Positions 58,198-64,000 of a DNA stretch of 64,000 nucleotides are shown piece by piece. The first letter of the stretch is position 1; every line of letters begins with the position of its first letter. The notes below the pieces were generated by a model. It was not told the DNA's origin. It worked only from the letters and a program-made list of their open reading frames with translations, and ran no database searches. The stretch comes from Macrostomum lignano (taxonomy: Eukaryota): NCBI GenBank assembly GCA_002269645.1, contig NIVC01002059.1, forward strand, positions 219,322-283,321, given 5' to 3'. The position numbers were made by a program, and so were the translations under genes.

Positions 58198-61100
58198 ATG
58201 GAAGCCGTCAATCAAAATGCCCAACACAATAGAGTCCTTGATGATGTTTCTGAAAATGCAAAAGCTCTGTTTCATCAGTTTTTAGATGAGTAAGTTCTTT
58301 ACTTTTATTGGCAGCAAACATGGCATACCTGTTTTTTGCTTTTTATGAATTCTAGTCACTTTATTATTGGTTCTGAAAAGGGCTTTATGACAAAGGGAAT
58401 CCTTTTGTTGTCTACAAATCATGTCAATTGACAATTTAACTATTCCTAGTTAAATTTGTTGAATTTGGTCATCTACCTACCAATGTCTGGATTATGTAGT
58501 AGTGGGTCACTGGTCAGATTGTCATATTCTATTTCGTCATATCAGATGACAAAGTGACCAGAAGCAAAGTAGCTTTGAAAAATAATATGAAAAAGTGACC
58601 AAATATTTAGTTATACTAGATAATTTGTCATCAAACCAATCAATCTGTGTGAGATTTGAGTTAGTGTAAACTATTTTGGTTTTTATTAATTATAAGCTGC
58701 AGCAAGCAGAACCAATTGATCATTGATCAACAGGTTTTATCAATCAAGATGACAAAATGACTAAGATCATTAGGATTCCAAGTAAATGTTTAATTGCCAT
58801 AATAATTTCACTTGAAAGTTGGAACTAATATGATTAATGAATAACAAAATGACTCTTCAGATATTGCATGCTAATTAAGATGACAAAGTGTCTCTAATTG
58901 AGCTGAGTACCCCAGACATCCCAGATGACGAAATGGTAGATGACAAAATGACTAAAAACTGTAATAGTGTACACTGGAACAAGAATCCTATCTTAGCTAA
59001 ATGTATACCAGTGTAAAAAGTGCCAGAGACAAAAAATTTCTCTAAAATTTATGCCAAAAATTCCTCTTAAAAAGGTCATTTGGTTTTTATGAGTAGAATT
59101 TTCTAAGAAAGGCTTTTATATAAAGTCTTTAAAATATTATAGGCCTAATTATTTTCATTTTAAACAAACTTACATTATACCTATAGAAAACATGATGCAA
59201 AATTTACATTTCAATGATGAGTTATACTATTTTTATTTATTTTTAATTTTGAAGAAGCATAAAGTTTATCATTGACTTTTTAGACTTTTTTAGACTTGAA
59301 ATTGTCCTTTATTTTACATAAAAATGTTAATGTACATTACAATTTTCATGCATGGCATAAATTTATTTACCAAAATTTATACACAAAAAATTTGCATGAA
59401 TTTTTATGCCAAAATTATATGCCAACTTTGAAAGGGATCATTTGTATGCTGGAATTTTCTAGCATATATGTAACTTTCCAGAGTCTAGGTCATCTAGTCC
59501 TAGACCTAGGTTTTTGTATAGGCCTAATAGGGATACTATCTATAGTCCTAAGTATGCACCATGTAAACAATAATTTTTTTACTCTGCAGGCCTAAAGACT
59601 ATAGGAAAGTTGGATCAAATCTACTATCTCAAGTGATGCCAATAGACCAAGGGGGAGGTCACAAATTGAGGTGCTGCAACAATAAAGGACCTTTTTTATG
59701 TTGCAACTATTGCTTTTTGTGTTTTGCATTTTATATGATTGCAGATAAACAATGCTTATTAAAATGTTCTCTTGTTTGCAACCTAAATTTATTTGCTTAA
59801 AAAATGACAAGTATTATATCATGTTTTAAAATGACTGAAAATTTTCTGTATGGCATAGCTATTACATAGCTCTGACTATGGTGCCATGCATTTTACTTTT
59901 TTATACATTGCCTTGCTACACAAAGCATACCAAAAAACTTTGCCAACTCATTGATGCATGCTATGCACATAGTACTAGACCTTGGGACCTTGTTGCTAGG
60001 ATATATTCAAGAAATTTAGCATATATGCCATAGTTTGGAATGGTCTATATGTATCCCAAAAAAGGATTCATGCAAATTTAGCAATAATCTAGGCAAATTT
60101 TGCAACAAGTCTTTTAGTCTAATTTATTGATTGCAACTAAGGCTTCAGATATAAGCTATCTATTAGACCAACCCCCATCCCCTTTATTAACAATACAATA
60201 CAACCTACTTAAGTATGGGGTTTGCATAATTAGCTGAATACATTGAAAAATGTATATTAGAGGTATTATCAATTGATACTATTGCTATACACTATATCTA
60301 GATTTTTATGGCAAAGAGGTGCCTTAAATTCTAGCCACTAAACTCCTGCATAACCTTTAATAGAAAAAATGGTGTTCAATCAAAATAGACATTGTGTGTC
60401 TTTAAGAATGAACAAACATTCTAGAACAAACATCTTCAAAAAATGAACAAAAATTCTAGAACAAACATCTTCAAAAAATGAGCAAACATTTATTGGAAAG
60501 TGCATTTGAAAAGTACACGATAAATAAAGATAAAAAACAAACTCAATTATAAAGGCAAACTAATATGCTGTCTAATACCATTGTACTAAAAGAATTAAAA
60601 AGATTATACAAAAGTTTTTTGTCGCCAAATTTGATTAGAATCTAGATTGTCACCAAATTTGACTAGATTGTCACTGAATTTGCTTTTGCCAAATTTGTTC
60701 ATGGTGAATCTCTATTGCCAAATTGGTTAGCACCTGAAAAAATGCAATTTTTTTGGTGTATGCCAATGTATGCCAAACATTACTTATGCAAAGCTTCAAA
60801 TTGTCAATTTTACAATGGTACTATTAGACTAGTAATTTTGATAAAAGTTTTTAAATTAGATAAGGGTAATACAAAAAATAATAATATATTTGTATAACAT
60901 TTCATATATTCAAAGAAAAAAACAAAATTTGTTTATTGTTTGTTTTTATTAAAATTAAAAATTGTTACCTTGTAAAAAGCATAGAAAATAGTTTTGCATT
61001 GAATAGTTATCAAATTTTATGATTATTATTTATAATGCATAGATAACTATTGTGACTATTATTGATAACATAATTTTAGGTGCATGTCATACAGCAAAAA

Positions 61101-62636
61101 ATTAAATGTGCCCACTAAAAGCCCAAAATCATTTTTTACACCAACATGCACATAAATGTGCGACCTCCAAAATTTGGTTGGCTGTGCAACTTAGTTTTAA
61201 CAAAAATGCAATGTAGTTTTTGGCCAAAAATGTGACTTACATGTAAAAAATGCAATTAATGCAACATTGGGTGAATGGCAGGAGTAACTATGACTGTCTT
61301 ATAAACCCAAAATGCCTTGTCAGCTATTTAGTACTACTACTTGGTGTTTTTTGGGTGGGCATTTTTGCAACTTCTATGGTTGGCTGCCAAATTGGTTGGC
61401 CGACTTGGTCAACTGTTGCACATGTATGAACATGCATACTAGATTTCTTGAGTATACCCTAGAAATTTTCAGCATATATGCCTTCTTCTAGACTATGACA
61501 GTGGTTCTCAACCTTTTTTTCAGGCAACCCTAATTTATTCACTTGCATTATATTTAATGTTTGCAACCCCTTTTATAATCAAAATAAGACATCATTAAGT
61601 ATTATGTACTTACATTTCTTAGTGCTACAAGCCCCAGAAAATGGTTACGCAATCCCACTGTGGGTTGTAACCTGCAGGTTGAGAACCACTAGACTATGGC
61701 ATATGTTGGTATACAAAAAGTGATTTTGGGCTTTTGGTGTATACATTTTGTGTGTGACATGCACTGAAAATTAAAAAACTATGTTATCAATAATAGTCAC
61801 AATAGTTTTCCATCATTCCATAATCATAAAATTTGAAAATTTAATGCAAAACTGATTTCTATGTTTTTTGCAAGATAACGATTTGATGTTTTTTTATTCT
61901 TTATATATGAAACATAATATGAATGTAATTATTATTTTTGTTATAATTCTATTTCTAGATATCTATTCAGAGGTTTTGAACTATAAGAGAAGAAGTAGAG
62001 AAATATTGTCAGAAATTTATGTACACTTGCAATAAAATTAGAGTAAGTGATATATATTAACAGTAATAATTAATTATAATTAAATAATATTTAAATAAGT
62101 AATAATATATATACATATATATAAATGACTATATGACTGTAGAGGCATACTCTAGGGTCTAGTACGGCACTCTTGTGCCAGTAGTCCAGCCTTGATTCAA
62201 TTGCAGTCACATTAGTTTGGGATAAATTGGAATCTTAGCTTAGGTTAGGCTTGTGCAATTAACACCCTTGAGGGCCAGCCCCCTCAAGGGCCAGCAAACT
62301 TGATAAATCAAGTTTGGGCCGCTGTATGTGGACCGGCTCCACTGAAAATATTTAAAGATTGTCTAAAGTCCTCTAACAAGTTTATATCGCTTGATTACCA
62401 CTGATCAGGTTCCAAGACAATGGCCGCAAAAAGTATCACGAGGCTGCCAAGCGGCTACTTGAACCGGAGAAGAACACCCTGTCTGTGCACTTTGCCGATG
62501 TCGACCGGTACAGCAGCTCGCTGGCTGGCGTTGTTCTCAACCAGTATTACCGAGTTTACCCGGCTCTGTGCACAGCGCTAACCCTGTTTGTCTCCGAGCT
62601 GGCCGCCGCAGAGTCTTCCCAACAGGCCCAGCAGTC

Positions 62637-62669
<33 letters not shown>

Positions 62670-64000
62670 ACCTAAGAAGGAGATGTACGTTGGCTTTGTC
62701 GGAGTTGACAATTCGAAAAAGATTCGCGAATTAAACTGCAGCACAATTGGCACCCTGATGCGCATCAGCGGCCAGGTAATCCGATCCCATCCCGTGCACC
62801 CGGAGCTGGTCAGCGGCACGTTTCGCTGCGCCCAGTGTAACACGGTGATTAGCGGCCTGCAACAGCAGTTTCGCTACACTGAGCCGCGAGTTTGCCGCAA
62901 TACTGAGTGCAATAATAGAAACAAATTTGAACTGGTTCAGGCTAGCAGCAAGTTCGTGGATTTTCAGAAGGTATGTTTCTTTCATATTAAGGGTGTAATA
63001 TCATCAGTGCTTTGATAAGCAGCACCAATCCTCCCTCAGTGCTTTGATAAGCAGCACCAATCCTTCCTCAGTGCTTTGATAAGCAGCACCAATCCTCAAT
63101 GCTTTGATAAGCAGCACCAATCCTCAATGCTTTGATAAGCAGCACCAATCCTCCCCTCAATGCTTTGATAAGCAGCACCAATCCTCCCCTCAATGCTTTG
63201 ATAAGCAGCACCAATCCTACCCTCAATGCTTTGATAAGCAGCACCAATCCTCCCCTCAATGCTTTGATAAGCAGCACCAATCCTCAGTGCTTTAATAAGC
63301 AGCACCAATCCTCAGTGCTTTAATAAGCAGCACCAATCCTCAGTGCTTTGATAAGCAGCACCAATCCTCAATGCTTTGATAAGCAGCACCAATCCTCAGT
63401 GCTTTAATAAGCAGCACCAATCCTCAGTGCTTTGATAAGCAGCACCAATCCTCAATGCTTTGATAAGCAGCACCAATCCTCCCCTCAATGCTTTGATAAG
63501 CAGCACCAATCCTCAATGCTTTGATAAGCAGCACCAATCCTCAGTGCTTTAATAAGCAGCACCAATCCTCAGTGCTTTGATAAGCAGCACCAATCCTCAA
63601 TGCTTTGATAAGCAGCACCAATCCTCCCCTCAATGCTTTGATAAGCAGCACCAATCCTCAATGCTTTGATAAGCAGCACCAATCCTCAGTGCTTTGATAA
63701 GCAGCACCAATCCTCCCTCAGTGCTTTGATAAGCAGCACCAATCCTCCTCAGTGCTTTACTAAGCCTCGTTAATCATTTGAGCCCCGTTAAAAATCCTAA
63801 CTCAAAATCCTCCCTAATCTCAAGTCCTAATCAAAGAACCGAATGGTTAATCCTCAATGAATAAAAATTGACATAATCAGTTTGACAAGTGTTTCTCATG
63901 TATTGTGTCTACCAATTGGTCCGCAGGTGAAAATCCAGGAGACTCAATTGGAGACGCCACGCGCAGCATCCCGCGCAGCGTAGACGTTATCTTGCGCGGC
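58198..64000 (+). CDS. MCM6: DNA replication licensing factor MCM6, 5' part (runs off the window)
   Basis: Exon 1 58198-58289 (MEAVNQ...LFHQFLD GA|gtaag), exon 2 62409-62970 (FQDNGRKKY..NTLSVHFAD..IRELNCSTIGTLMRISGQVIRSHPVHPELVSGTFRCAQC..PRVCRN..C.NR..F..SKFVDFQK|gtatg) and exon 3 from 63927 (VKIQETQ..., with a 1-nt frameshift at ~63963). Confidence 0.95.
60945..61905. mobile_element. Old foldback element in MCM6 intron 1 (~200-bp diverged inverted arms)
   Basis: 60945-61150 is the imperfect reverse complement of 61700-61905, sharing AACTATTGTGACTATTATTGATAACATA and AAAAGCCCAAAATCA. Confidence 0.7.
62251..62330 (+). mobile_element. SINE body fragment (copy 4)
   Basis: GTGCAATTAACACCCTTGAGGGCCAGCCCCCTCAAGG..GGGCCGCTGTA matches copy 2. 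Confidence 0.6.
63005..63765. repeat. 27/32-bp minisatellite in MCM6 intron 2
   Basis: Unit TGCTTTGATAAGCAGCACCAATCCTC(CCCTC)A/G. Confidence 0.96.

Noticed and set aside
58410-58960. Dispersed GATGACAAA(A/G)TGAC motifs in MCM6 intron 1
   Set aside because: Probably subterminal repeats of an old transposon. No TIR/TSD boundaries could be fixed.

Overview
This is eukaryotic (metazoan) genomic DNA with spliceosomal GT-AG introns, GC-rich exons, AT-rich intergenic DNA and minisatellite-filled introns. A flatworm such as Macrostomum is my inference from that architecture and is not proven. Left to right: two tandem Sola-type DNA transposons with TIRs and 4-bp TSDs (153-3953 non-autonomous; 4161-10420 with an intact 720-codon DDD transposase and a nested 5'-LTR/PBS/gag fragment) end 167 bp before the RACK1 start codon. 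RACK1 (+, 2 exons) follows. Next is a minus-strand cluster of ankyrin-repeat gene -> ELP4 -> degenerate duplicate exon -> type II membrane, catalytically dead cholinesterase-like (neurotactin-like) gene. Further right are a small 2-TM ORF, a decayed Penelope-like element and several MITEs, a C2H2 zinc-finger gene, an R7-family RGS gene with an intronless CDS, and the 5' part of MCM6. The most notable signal is that ELP4 has no ATG of its own. Its first coding exon starts in phase 0 straight after a splice acceptor about 400 nt downstream of an upstream poly(A) signal, which fits an operon resolved by SL trans-splicing with the leader donating the start AUG. Exon boundaries were worked out by hand from reading-frame continuity. 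No database searches were run.
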